Part shown: positions 1 through 13,489 of the stretch, piece after piece
How positions within the stretch are numbered: position 1 is the first letter of the stretch
Layout: each line of letters opens with the position of its first letter
Source of the DNA: Squalus acanthias
Taxonomy: Eukaryota
DNA: 64,000 nucleotides
Assembly (NCBI GenBank): GCA_030390025.1
Contig: CM059431.1
Coordinates: 138,138,001 to 138,202,000, forward strand
Direction of reading: 5' to 3'
Position numbers and translations under genes: made by a program
Notes under the pieces: generated by a model
What the model was told of the DNA's origin: nothing
The model's database searches: none
What the model saw: only the letters and a program-made list of their open reading frames with translations

Positions 1-2225
1 GTTTTTCTATGTTGGATTCTGCAGTGCAATTTGAATAGTGGGAAACTGCACTGATCAGGGGTAGAGTCTAAAGAACAGATAATGAAATCCCGGCTAGACA
101 GTCATTAGGAACACAGGAACATAGGAACAGGATAAGTTCATTCAGCCCCTCGAAACTGTTCCGCCATTCAGTTAGATTATTTTTGATCTCTAGCATAATT
201 CCATCTAGCCGCCTTGGTTCCGAATAGCGTTAATACTCTTGCCTAGTAAAGGTGCAACGAGAGCAATTGTTTGGAATTACAACTGGGCCTAGTGGGTAAA
301 ACACATTGGTGTAGATGTTAAAAAAGGCTGCCGATTCGTTTTCCTACTAAGGAAGTCCAATTTAATCCCAGTGAGTGTAAAACATTCAATATAGTTTAAG
401 AAATCAATAGAATTAAATATCGGGCCGGCTGTCTAACGGGCGACCGATGCACTACCGCTTGTGTTACCGCCCTGCAATTTTCCAATGTCATCCCCAAGAA
501 CTACCCAATTATACGGCTTACCACATATCTAAACAATCCCAGTTAAAGGTTACTTTGTTAATATGTCAATAATCAGCTCAGCAAACAGAATGTCAAATTA
601 GAGCAGTATTCCGTGCAATGGACTATTTTGTTTAAATGGAGAGTCATTGTGGAGATACTTACAAGGCCTGCAGATGATGTCTTACCCACAATGCACCACA
701 GGCTCCCAGAAAGTATAAACTGGGAAATAAATGAGAAATATCAATTACACTTGATGAAGCCTGTGTATAATTATTGCAAGACAGAATCACGACTAGGTCA
801 TTCAGCCCCTGGAGCCTGTTCCGCCTGTTAATTAGATCATGGCTGATCTATAATTTGACTTCATCTACCTGCCTTGGTTCCATAGCCCTCAATAACCTCT
901 TGCATGTGACATACATCGATCAGACTCAGTTTTGAAATTTACAATTGACCCCCACCCTCAACAGCTATTGGAGAGAGACAGGACCAGATTTTCAATACCC
1001 TTTACGTGAAGATGTGATTCCTGCTGTCCTCCCAGAATGGCCTAGTTCTAATTTTAAGGTTATGTTGCGGACTCCCCCACCAGAGGAAATCGTTCCTCTC
1101 TATCAACCATGTTAGATACTTTAATCATCTTAAACACTTCCGTTAGATGACCCCTTAACCTTCTTTTCTCGAGGGTATTCAAGTTAAGACTATGCAACTT
1201 GCCCTCATATTTAAAATTAATTTAACCCCGGTATCATTCTGGTGAACTATAATAACTGTTTTAAATTCTGAAGCGTAATTCACTGGCTAATTGTTCAGAC
1301 TATCACAAGTTGAATACGATAGCAATAAACAAATAACCATCTCGATAAAAAATATTTTAAATAAATCTGGGTGCAGACTTTATTATTTCTGATTTTACCT
1401 TCGGAATTTTCGTTCCTGTAACATCCCATTTGTTCGCCATTTTAACGGGAATGTTATTCGGTTTAGAATAATCGATGCCTCCGATAAAATAGCGACAATC
1501 AGAAGAATATTACAGCAAGGTGCTACAATTCCATGCATAAAATGGCAAAAAAGTTCTAGCATCTCATCTAATCAATTCCAACCGGATTTAAATTCCTCCC
1601 TGCAGTATCTATTACATATATTGCACGGAAACTCACCGACAGTCCGTCACACCAGTGTGTTCTGTGTGCTCCCGGCATCGGTATCGGAATCAGAATTAAA
1701 GTCGTCCAGAATATTATAAAAAATATTCCCAACACAATCTGAGTAAACTAAAAGAGAACAATATTGACCAAGAAAGGTAATATATATAAAATCATACAAA
1801 AAATATCAGTGTGTGTGGGAGCTAGAGAGAGGGGGAAGTAGCGAGAGAGGGGTGAGAAAGAAAGGCAGAGAGGGAGACAGATGTAAGATACAAGTAAAGC
1901 TTTGTTGAAATCTGAATTAGATGATTCGATTAGCACATTGTTAGAATGCTTTACGATCATTTAAATGGTCAAGATGTCCTAGCATTCTTTCATGAGCATA
2001 CTTAATGAGCAGATGTGGGAGAAAGGGGAACTTGACTCTTGTCTCTATGTATGAACCATAAAGTGTTTGGAAACGCAAGGACACAAATTCAAAAAGCCCA
2101 GGTCGACAAAAAGGCTGAAAAGATACTAGTTGCCAAGACAGCATATAACACGGTAAAAAATAAAAATTGTCCTAATTACTGCATTATAAAGAAAGCTTGT
2201 AGAAAAGAGGCAAAGTCCTAAAAAT

Positions 2226-2410
2226 TGGCCAGAAATTCGTCTCGGTCGGTGACACAAAACGGGCGGTATAGGACCGGCGTCCCAGTTAAACGCAGCACCT
2301 GATATTAGTCTCATTGACTGCAATGGAACTGAATATCATGCCCTGGGAATACCAGCCCCCTATCCGATACCGCCCATTTTGCGTTATCGCCCGAGCCGAT
2401 TTTGTAGCCC
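2226..2410. mobile_element. Palindromic MITE
   Basis: Left arm ctcggtcggtgacacaaaacgggcggtatagga pairs with right arm tccgataccgcccattttgcgttatcgcccgag; centre cattgactgcaatg. Confidence 0.75.
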
Positions 2411-3386
2411 TAATTAAGTGGGGTAAACACCTAAAAATGTGGCCTCAGCAAAACGGCAACTATGTATTACGTAGGCACAGATCAAGCTTGTACTATAGTA
2501 TAAAAACAGAACCTGTTTGTCCCCAAGGCAGACGTTCTCGGGTTGGTCAGGACTCACGCAGCCACAGGGAAGACCTGGAGGGATGGTGCTGTTCGCGTGG
2601 GAAACACGGCTTGTGTGGTTTTCTTGTAGGTGGGAGCGCTGTCAGGGTCAGTTGGAAGCTCGCAGACATACAGGCAGCCTAGAGCCGAAAGTGATCACTC
2701 CGGGCCGGGGAACCAGGTTGTATAATTTACATGGATTCTTGCCATTTACTATAACACTGCAGAACAGTTATATAAATTCTAATACTGTTAATGTTCAATG
2801 TAATCAAGCTTGATATTATTTTTAAAAAACACTCGGGCAAGAATCATGAGCTGAGTTATTATCGTCGGACTAACAACCTTTTGTTACGACGATAGCCACG
2901 GAGGAAATTCTCCAACACACATATGCCTGTGGACCACCTTAAGCATTCATTCCCTCCACCACCGGCGCACCATGGCTGCAGTATGCGCCATCTACAGGAT
3001 GCACTGCAGCAACTCGCAAAGGCTTCGTTAATGGCACTGCTCAAACCCGGGAACTCCACAACCCAGGACAAGGGCAGCTGGCGCATGAAAACACCATAAA
3101 CTCCGCTCCAGGTCACACGCCACCCCGACATGGGAAGATATCCGCTGTTCCTTCATCTTCGCTGGGTCAAAACCCTTGAGATCTTGGCTAACGGCACTGT
3201 GGAAGCACGTTCAGCACAGGGCGCACCAAGATTTTTTCATGGGGAAATGCTCTGGGAAATAAATGCTGACGTTGCTAGCGAGGCCCATATCCCCAGAATT
3301 AATTTTTAAAAGTATAGCTCATAAATATACTCAGGAACATAATTCCCGGTTGGTAGTCCCAGTGAAATTCTACATGTGATCAAACA

Positions 3387-5112
3387 TTGGTACTCAGTAA
3401 AATAATGGGACTCAAGGCGGATAAATCCCCTGGACCTGATGGCTTACATCCTAGGGTCTTGAGGGAAGTGGCAGTAGGGATTGTGGATGCTTTGGTAATA
3501 ATTTTCCAAAATTCCCTGGACTCAGCAAACGTCCCGGCAGATTGGAAAACTGCTAATGTAACACCCTTATTTAAAAAGGGTAGTAGACAGAAGGCTGGAA
3601 ATTATAGACCAGTTAGTCTAACATCTGTGGTGGCTAAAATTTTGGAGTCTATTAATAAGGAGACAGTAACGGAACATTTAGATAAACATAATTTAATAGG
3701 ACAAAGTCAGCATGGCTTTATGAAGGGGAAGTCATGTAAGACAAATTTGCTTGAGTTCTTTGAGGACATAACGTACAGGGTGGATAAAGGGGAACCAATG
3801 GACGTAGTGTATTTAGACTTCCAGAAGGCATTCGACAAGGTGCCACATAAAAGATTATTGCTCAAGATAAAAAATCACTGGATTGGGGGGAATATTCTGG
3901 CATGGGTGGAGGATTGGTTATCTAACAGGAAGCAGAGAGTTGGGATAAATGGTTCATTCTCGGACTGGCAACCAGTAGCCAGTGGTGTTCCGCAGGGGTC
4001 GGTGCTGGGTCCCCAACTCTTTACAATCTATATTAACGATTTGGAGGAGGGGACCGAGTGTAACATATCAACGTTTGCAGATGATACAAAGATGGGAGGG
4101 AAAGTAGAAAGTGAGGAGGACATAAAAAACCTACAAGGGGATATAGACAAGCTGGGTGAGTGGGCGGAGATCTGGCAGATGCAATACAATATTGGAAAAT
4201 GTGAGGTTATGCACTTTGGCAGGAAAAATCAGAGAGCAAGTTATTATCTTAATGGCGAGAAACTGGAAAGTACTGCAGTACAAAGGGATCTGAGGGTCTT
4301 GGTGCAAGAAAATCAAAAAGTTAGTATGCAGGTGCAGCAGTTGATCAAGAAGGCCAACGGAATGTTGGCTTTTATTGCTAGGGGGATAGATTATAAAAAC
4401 AGGGAGGTATTGCTGCAGTTATATAAGGTATTGGTGAGACCGCATCTGGAATAATGCATACAGTTTTGGTGTCCATACTTAAGAAAAGACATACTTGCTC
4501 TCGAGGCAGTACAAAGAAGGTTCACTCGGTTAATCCCCGGGATGAGGGGGTGGACATATGAGGAGAGGTTGAGTAGATTGGGATTCTACTCATTGGAGTT
4601 CAGAAGAGTGAGAGGCGATCTTATTGAAACATATAAGATTGTGAAGGGGCTTGATCGGGTGGATACGGTAAGAATGTTCCCAAGGATGGCTGAAACTAGA
4701 ACTAGGGGGCATAATCTTAGAATAAGGGGCTACTCTTTCAAAACTGAGATGAGGAGAAACTTCTTCACTCAGAGGGTGGTAGGTCTGTGGAATTTGCTGC
4801 CCCAGGAAGCTGTGGAAGCTACATCATTAAATAAATTTAAAACAGAAATAGACAGTTTCCTAGAAGTAAAGGGTATTAGGGGTTACGGGGAGCGGGCAGG
4901 AAATTGGACATGAGGCTGAGTTCGGATCGGTCGAGGCCCTGTGGGTGGCGTAGCGGGCCCAGGGGCTGAGTGGCCGGGTCCTGCTCCTACTTCTTGTGTT
5001 CTTTAGATTTGAGGTGAGGATCAGATCAGCCATGATCTTATTGAATGGAGGAGCAGGCTCGAAGGGCCGATTGGCCTACTCCTGCTCCTATTTCTTATGT
5101 TCTTATGTTCTT
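3387..5112 (+). mobile_element. Young CR1 LINE, 5' truncated (RT plus 3'UTR)
   Basis: KSPGPDG, NYRPVSLTS, YLDFQKAFDKV, GVPQGSVLGP, FADDTK. A single nonsense (TAA 4452) separates two ORFs in the same frame. Tail (ttcttatg)n. Confidence 0.97.
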
Positions 5113-6420
5113 AAACTGAAGTTGTTTACAATTTCTCTTCGACTAGTGACGGGAACTAACCTCCATCAGCTAATTGATGATGTCTCTACACTTGCGGCTC
5201 GAATCCATTTTACTCAAGGCGTCTTGAAATTAATGCATTGCATGTTGAAATTGTGATCGACATGAGATGGAATAAATTATTAAAATAAAGGGTTTCATCT
5301 TACCCCCAGAGCTTTATGTTTTCCCATCTGAATTCCTGGACAGTTTATTCTTCTGGTTGGTGAATGAGTCTGGGAGCCTCCTCGTCTCATTGGGGCTTCA
5401 CTTGCACCAGATTGTAGGTTAATATTGGGACTGATGACGCTCTCTTCTATGCTCAGTGATGCTGCCATGTTCCAAATAAGGACTGGACAATTGGCCCTTA
5501 GTGAATAAGAAGCTATTTCCACAGACATTAGAATGCCAAAATTTGACTTAATAGTAAATAAACAACATTCTTTACAATATTATAATCTGGCAATGGAAAA
5601 TTGCGACATGTTAGCCATCCTGGCACCGAATCTATAACTATTTTCTACGAAATCAATTCATTTCGATTGAACTCATCAATATGACACGTTCATGTCACGT
5701 GCATATGGTTATTTCCTTTGACTCTTGAGGAGTGCTTCGTTTTCACGAATCACATGATGGGGATTTTAATAATTCAGTTAAAAAAATCTAACAAACTAAA
5801 CCTCTGAAGGCAACTTTCTGCCCAGTCATGAAATTTTAATCGGGACAATCGATTTGTGCCAAATCGATGGCAATATGTTTCCTGCGGTGATGAAGTGCTT
5901 TGTTGTGTCTTTTATTTCTGGAATCGCAAGCGTCTATTTTTATTGTGAATTTCGCTGTAATTACAAACCGAAATAATATTATCATGCACACCTAGGCATT
6001 TTTTTTCAATACAGCCTTGCGGAAATCTTCCCATTTAAGTTTCATCACGTTCTCTATATTTTTAATGATAAATCACTTAACACTAAATATTACTAATGTA
6101 TGAGGTTACACTGATCATTGAACTAAAAAGAAAAGTAATTGCATCAATGTAAAACATTGTGTCTTATTTCGGCTGAATGCTAAGAGGTAGTATTACTTCT
6201 GTATCGTGTTCAATGCAAATTGAATAATCAGTTGTTAAAAATAATCCTGGCCACAGGTTTCCTTTGTTCGTGTGATATTGTGTGTAATGGTTGGATTGCA
6301 TTTGAGGACAGGACCTCAACTGACAAATACGGACTGAAAATATCCACCAATCCGAGAACATACTGTAATATTTAAAATGCAGATAATATGCAGATAAAGT
6401 TGTCAAAATTCTATAAACGT

Positions 6421-6603
6421 TGGGGGCAATTTTAACTTTGACCGATAGCGTAAAACGGGCGACATCGAATGGGCTGTTTTCTGCCCTCGCCAGATTTTCC
6501 CTTCAATGGATCTCAATGGAAAGGAACATCTGGCGGGCGTGTAACGGGGGCTAATTCCACATCGCCCATTTCACACCATCGCCCAGGGTTTAAATTGCCC
6601 CCA
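6421..6603. mobile_element. Palindromic MITE, related family
   Basis: TIRs tgggggcaattt and aaattgccccca; arms aaaacgggcga and tcgcccattt. Confidence 0.78.
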
Positions 6604-7189
6604 TTGATCGCAACAAAAGCAATGTCTCTGGTAAAATGAATCACATGGACAATATGAAGTCAGCTTAACTTACCCGTGAGTATCGGTCACCGGTCGGGAC
6701 TCTGCGTCCTCCTTCAGAGCTCGCGAGCCTTTCTGACCGGACACTTGAGTAACACTGCGGGGTGTGTCTCATATTACCGGTTAGGCGGGGGGGGGGGGGG
6801 GGTGGAGTTTGGCCCTGTTCTCTCACTAGCTTCTTAAAGCAACAGTCCAAACATTTTATCTTTTCTGCAGCTGTTTTCGTCAGTTCAGTTCCGAGGAGAA
6901 CAGCTGATATTTGATGGAAAGATTGCGGGAATGCCGACCTGTAATGTGAGGCTGGATATTACACTTGGTCCTATAAGTGGTCAGACGCTTCCTGTGTCCG
7001 TACTGATGGTTATTTTATCGGAAGGATTAACGTTTCAACTGATTGATTAGGCGCTAACATTGGACAGTAGATTTTCAAGAATCACTTATTATTCAATTAT
7101 CTCCAAATAATCTCCAAATGATAATTTCTTATCTTGTTCATTGTTTCATGAAACCGAGTACCAAAATAACATATTAATCCGTTCAATTA

Positions 7190-7605
7190 TTTTTATTCAT
7201 TCTAGGCATGTGGGCGTTGCTGTAAAGGTCGGCATTTAATGCGATCCCCAGTTGTCCTGGATACAGCTGACAGGCTCGCTAGTCCCCTTCAGAGGGGCCG
7301 TTAGGACTCAGCCACCTTGGCTTGGGACTGGAGTCACACAGAGGTCCAGACGGGGTAAGAAACGTAGATTGCCTTCTCTAAAGGACATCAGTGAACCAGT
7401 TTGGGTTTTTCCAACAACCCGACAGCTTCATGATTAGTTTTACTGATGCCAGCCTTTTATTTTCAACAACTTTTATTTTCAGAACTTTTCAGAAACTGAA
7501 TTCAAATTCTCAAGCTGGCGTGGTGGGATTTCAGCTCACGTTCTCTGGATTATTACTCGAGGACACCAAATCATAGTCCAGTAGAATAAGCATGACATTA
7601 CCATA
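7190..7605 (-). mobile_element. tRNA-derived SINE (second family)
   Basis: aaggacatcagtgaaccag and ggtgggattt are shared with 22350 and 30100; tail matches the 14310 LINE 3' end. Confidence 0.72.
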
Positions 7606-8028
7606 CCCGAGATATTGTTCATCAAACACCAGAACCCGTGGTCCATGTTTTCGGAACTTATGATATTGCGAGATTATGAGTTATGAATTATGTGTATATA
7701 TGAAACCCAAACACATTTTCTATAAACGGGTTAACGATTCGGCGAGACAAAGGGAGCAGGGGAACTTTTGGAGATTGCATTTCACTGATTATGTGTACTT
7801 CCCACTATCGATCTAGAACAGAACCGTGATGACTGGAGTCTGTTCCTACTCGGACCACGGTCTGTCAGTGCAATTATTTTTGTCGGTGTCAATGCAGAAT
7901 GGAAATTTGCACAGATTTATACAAACACTTTGCAGAAATGTAGATGGGGACGATTAATTTATTTACCTTTCGGGACTGTATAGAAGAAGGAAATCAGGGC
8001 GTTGAATTCCCTACTCTCGCTCTTTAAT

Positions 8029-8805
8029 GTCAGTCACGGTTCAGCTAGTAGCACCCTCGCCTCAGAATCAGAAGGTTATCGGTTCAAATCCCACTCCAGA
8101 GACTTGAGCACAAAAATCTTGGCTGACACTCCAGTGGAGTGCTGCACTGTCGGAGGTGCCGTCCTTCAGATGATAAATAGGCTACATAGGATATACGGCA
8201 CAGAAATAGGCCATGCCGGCATTTATGCTCCACTCGAGTCTCCTCCCGTCTATCCTCAACTAAATCTATCAGCACATCCCTCTATTCCCTTCTCCCTCAT
8301 ATGCTTGCCTAGCCTCCCCTTAAAAGTATCTATAATATTGGCCTCAACCACTCCCTGTGGTAGAGAGTTCCACATTCTCACCACTCTCTGGGGAAACAAG
8401 TTACTTCTGAATTCCCTATTTGATCTCTTTGTGACTATCTTATACTGATGGCCTCCAGTTATGCGCTTCCCCACAAGTGGAAACACTATTAAGTGGATAC
8501 GTTAGCCCGAGGCCCCGTCAGCACTCTCAAGTGACGTAAAATATGCCTAAGCGCTATTTCGAAGAGCAGGGGCGATATCCCCGTTGCCCTGGCCGATATT
8601 TATCCCTCAATCAACATCACTGAACACAGATTATCAGATCATTATCATATTGCTGTTTGTGGGAGCTTGCTCTGCGCATATTGGCTGCCGCCTTTCCTAC
8701 ATTACAATAGTGACTACACTTGAAAAAAAAACATTTATTGGATGTAAAGCGCTTTGGGTCGCCCAGTGGTCGTGAAAGGCGCTATATAAATGCAAGTCTT
8801 TCTTT
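8029..8805 (+). mobile_element. tRNA-derived Deu-domain SINE (SacSINE1/AmnSINE1-like) split by an antisense CR1 fragment (8180-8486)
   Basis: Box B ggttcaaatcc, central tatttatccctcaatcaacatc...gctgtttgtgggagcttgc, and L2-type tail gtgaaaggcgctatataaatgcaagtc. Confidence 0.82.
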
Positions 8806-9049
8806 TTGTTTCCTGTTTTTTCCTGCCCAGGCTGTTGTTGGAAGTTGGTTTCTCACAGCCTGACTTCAGCTGTTCGATTATCTCAGTGTATTTCAGAGAT
8901 ATGGGCTGTCCAGAAAGCTGCCGCTGCATTTCACTTCGGCAGTTGAAGTGGGTCAATTGGAAAATATCACAGTGGGGTAGAATCTCGGAATAGTCATCAT
9001 TGTATCATAATGTTTAGATTAGCTATTGAGAAGGACAATGAGCAATACA

Positions 9050-12000
9050 GAATAAAAAAACTTAACTGGAGGAGGGCTATTTCAGCGAATTGAGGAGGGA
9101 ATCTGTCCCGGGTAAACTGGAGTCACAGACTGGCAGCAGAATTGTAATGGAGCAATGGGCGGACTTTAAAGTGGAGATTGTTCGGGTACAGTCTAGGTAC
9201 ATTCCTACAAGGGGGAAAGGGAGGGCGACCAAAGCCAGTGCTCCCTGGATGACGAAGGGGTTAGACTAGAATGAAGCATAAAATGTATGACAGATGTCAG
9301 CTTGATAATGTAAGCGAGAATCAGGCTGAATATAAAAAAGCAAAGAGGAGAAGTGAAAAAGGAAATAATAGAGGGAAAGTGACAGTGCGAGAATAGATTG
9401 GCGCCTAACATAAAAGGGAAACCAAAGGTCTCATATTGGCATACCAACAAAATTATTTGTATCATATGAGCAGTGGGGCCAATCGTGCAAAAATGTTGAT
9501 CTATTGGTAAAGGCAGAAGGCATTGCTGAGTTACTAAATGAGTACTATGCATCCGTGTTTTCCAAGAAGAGGACTTTGCCAAAACTACGGTAAACAGGAA
9601 GGATACTGGATGAGATAAAACAGATAAAGAGGATGTAATAGAAAGGCTGGTGTAGATAAAGTGGATAAGTCAGCCGGTCTGGATTGGATCCATCCTAGGT
9701 TACTGAGGGAAGTAAGGTAGAAATTGCCGCGTTGCTGGCCACAATCTTCTAATCCTCACTAGATACATAGAATCATACAAGCATTATCAATTTACAGCAC
9801 AGAAGGGGGCCATTCGAATAGTCGTTTCCGTGCGGCCGATAAAGAGCGATCCAGCCTAATCCCACTGCCCAGCTCTTGGTCTGTAGCCTTGTAGGTTACA
9901 GCACTTCAAGTCTATATCCAATTACTTGTAAATATATTGAGCGTTTCTGCTCTACAGCCCTTTCAGGCAGTGAGTTCCAGAGCCCCACCAGCCTCTGGGT
10001 TAAAAAGCTTCTCTTCATCTCCCCTCTAATCCTTCTACCTAATACATTAACTCTATGTCCCCTTGTTATTTACCTCTTTGCTGGGTAAATAAGCCCTTCC
10101 TCTCCGCTCGATTTAGCCTCCTCATAATTTTATACACCTCAATCAAGTCTCTCCTCAGCCTCCTCTGTTCCAAAGAAAACAACCGCAGCCTAACCAATCT
10201 TTTCTCATAGCTAAATTTCTCCAGTCCTGGCAACAGCCTCGTAATTCTCCTCTGGCTCTCTCCAGTACAATATGGTTTCCCTGTAATATGGTGACCAGAA
10301 CCGTACGCAGTACTCTAGCTGTGGCCTAACTAATGTTTTATACAGTTCAAGCATAATCTCCCTGCTCTTATGTTTAATGCTTCAGCTAATAAAGGAAGGT
10401 AACTCGAATGCCTTCTTAGCCAACCTTCTCTGCCTGTCCTGCTACCTTCAGGGATCTGTGGACATGCACTCCAAGGTCCCTCTTTTCCTCTACACTTCTC
10501 AGTATCCTACAATTCATTGTGTATTCCCTTGCCTTGTTAGCCCTCCCCAGTGACATTACTTCACACTTCACCAATTGAATTCCAGTTGCCACTTTCTGCC
10601 CATCTGGCCAGCCATTGATATCTTCCTGCAGTCTACAGCTTTCTTCCTCACTATCAAGCACACGGCTATTTTTGTATCATCTGTAAACTTCTTCATCATG
10701 CCCCCTACATTGAAGGCTAAAACAATGATATATACCACAAAAAGCAAGGACCTAGCATTGAGCCCTGCGGAACCACACTGGAAACAGATTCCAGTCACAA
10801 AAACATCCGTCGATCATTATTTTTTGATTCCTGCCACTGAGCCAATTTTGGATCAAACTTGCCAGATACCGGGGTGGTGCCAGAGGACAGGAGGATTGCA
10901 AATGTTGCATCCTAGTTCAAAAAAGGGAGCAGGATGGCAATTACAAACAAGTCAGTTTAACGTCGGTGGTGGGGAATCCGGGAGCTGATTATCAGCCACT
11001 TGGACAAACATGGACTAATAAAGGAGAGCCTGCACGGATTTGTTAAGGGCAAATCCTGTTTGATCAAGTTGATTGAGTTGTTTTATGAAGTAACAGAGAG
11101 GGTGGATGATGGCAGTGCAGCTGATGTTGTATATATGGACTTTCAAAACGCTTTGAGAAATAATACATATTTGTCTTGTTAGCAAAATTGTAACCCATGG
11201 AATAAAGGGCAGTAGCAGCATGGGCACAAAATTGGCTGAGGGATAGAAAACAGAGAGTTGTGATGAATGGCTCGTTTTTGGAATCGAAGGAACTGTACAG
11301 TGTTGTTCACCAGGGGTCAGTACTAGGACCACTCCTGTGTTTGATATACATTAATGACTTGGACTTGGGTTTACAGGATTCAATGTCGAAAAGTGCGCAT
11401 GACACGAAACTTGGACGTGTAATAACCAGTGAGTAAGATAGCAATAGACTTCAAGAGGACATAGCCAGGCTGGTGGAATGGGCCGACACATGGCGGATGA
11501 AATTCAACGCAGAACAGTGAGAGCTGATCAATTTCGTTAGGAAGAATGGGGTGAGACAATAAAAGCTCAAAGGTACAATGTTAAAGGGGGTGAAGCAACA
11601 GAGAGTCATGAGCGCATTTGTGCAAATATTTGAAGGTGTCCGTTTATGTTAATAAAGCAATTAAATAAACATATGGAACTTAGGTTTTATAAACAGTGTC
11701 ATAGAGTAAAAAGCCAGGAAGTTATGCTCATACTATATAAAACACTCGTTCGGTCCCAGCGGGAATATTGTGTACAATTCTGGGCAAAACACTTTAGGAA
11801 GGAGCTGAAGACTTTGGAGAGGGTACAGAAGAGATTTACTAGAATTGTTCAAGGGATGATGCATTACAGTCCAGTGGGCAGACTAGAGAAGCTGGGGTTG
11901 TTCTCCCCAGAGCAGAGAAGGCTAAGCAGAGATCTGATAGAGGTATTTAAAACCATGAAGGGTTGAGATAGAGTTAATAAGGAGAAACTACTGCCAATGA

Positions 12001-12295
12001 CTTATGGATCGATTACCTGAGGGCACAGACTTAAGGTAATTGTCGGAAGGACCAGAGGCGACATGAAGGTAAAGGTTAATGCAACACGTGGTTAGGATTT
12101 GGAATGCACTGCCTGATAATGTGGAGGAAACAGATTCATTGGAGCCTTCAAAAGGGAATTGGATAAATACTTGAAGGAGAAAGATTTTCAGGGATATGGA
12201 AAAAGAGCGGGATAACTGGATTGCTCTTCGAAAGAGCCGGCACAGACTGGATAGAACGAATGGCCACCATCTGTGCTGTTCTATTCTATGATGCT
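9050..12295 (+). mobile_element. Degraded CR1 LINE (host), split by an antisense CR1
   Basis: ORF2 remnants (HGFVKGKSCL, VYMDFQ, EYCVQFW) and 3' tail ttctatg. Sequence resumes at 10864 after the insertion. Confidence 0.88.
9767..10863 (-). mobile_element. CR1 LINE 3' fragment inserted in an older CR1, TSD AGATAC
   Basis: Minus-strand RT remnants (FTDDTKI, DLGVHVHRSLK). agatac at 9761-9766 and 10864-10869. Confidence 0.88.
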
Positions 12296-12299
12296 ATTT

Positions 12300-12520
12300 A
12301 AACTTCAACGTCCATTGACATAAATAACTTGGATTTCTACAGCGGCTTTCACGACCTCGGGACCTACGCACTTTACAGCAAATTAAGTAGTTTTGAAGTA
12401 AGTTTACTGTTGTGATGTAGGAAGGGTGACCGCTACCTTGCGCACAGCAAGGACTCACGAACAGCAACGTGAAAATGACCACATAAACAGTTTTTTAGTG
12501 ATGTTGTTTGAGGTGTTTGA
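12300..12520 (-). mobile_element. Deu-domain SINE 3' fragment
   Basis: ctttcacgacctcgggacc...cactttacagc...gcgcacagcaag matches the SINE 3' half. Confidence 0.7.
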
Positions 12521-13489
12521 TGGGACAGTGAAGAAGGAGCTTTACTCTGTATCAAACCCCGTGCTGTACCTGCCAGGGTAGCAGTTTAGACTAAGATGAT
12601 TTTCATTCCCCACGCCTAACATTCCTGAGCATTAATCTGATACAGTGTTTGTATTGGTCAAACTTGTTATCCAAAAGCTCCTTCTGTTCACCCTGTAAGT
12701 TTCTGTTTCTCGCTGGGGTCCGGGTTCCTCGGGCAGTTCATTCATGTGTCACTGGTGAGTGTTGCTATTGAACCGTGGGAGGCATCACGGTCAGTCTCCA
12801 TCGTGATTTCCGCTTACATAACAACGGCCGTCTCCGCCCCTGCCTGAGCTCATCATCTGCTGGCCCACTCATCCACATCTTGGTTGCCTCTAGACACGAT
12901 ATCCTGAGAACAAATAGATATTATTAATGAAATAGGAATATAATGAATGTTTTTTAATTCACTGATTGAAACCGGCAAGGCATGTGGTCAGAGCGGGGCG
13001 TCATGCTCCGCGAAACAAATTACTTAGAATGTACAGCACAGAAACAGGCCATTCAGACCAACTGCTCCATGCCGGTGTTTATGCTCCACGCGGCCCTGTA
13101 CCCATCCCTCTTCATCTTACACTATAAGCATAACTTTCTATTCCTTTCTCCTTCATGTGTTTATCACGCTTACCCTTAAATGGATCAATGCCATTCACCT
13201 CAACCAATCTCTGTGGTCGCGAGTTCCACATTCTCCCATCTCTCTGGGTAAAGAGGAATTATTGGTGACTATCTTATATTCATGGCACCTATTTATTGTC
13301 TCATAATTATTTCATGATTTCAGTTTTTTGAAACACTATTCTGAATTTGTCAACACACCTTATCTGGCCAGCACATTGTGTTTGCTTTTCCGCTGTCGAA
13401 TTTATCAGAGTACAAGTAACGATTAGAATCTGGCTCCAAAAATGCAGAACGCAGATTCTACACATTAGACAAGAACTCAATGACTTCAG

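Noticed and set aside
5295..6850. Possible minus-strand exons with donor-like ends near 5300 and 6672
   Set aside because: No recognisable protein similarity and no consistent exon chain.
8029..8100. tRNA-like sequence
   Set aside because: It is the head of a SINE, continuous with the Deu-domain body; no complete cloverleaf.
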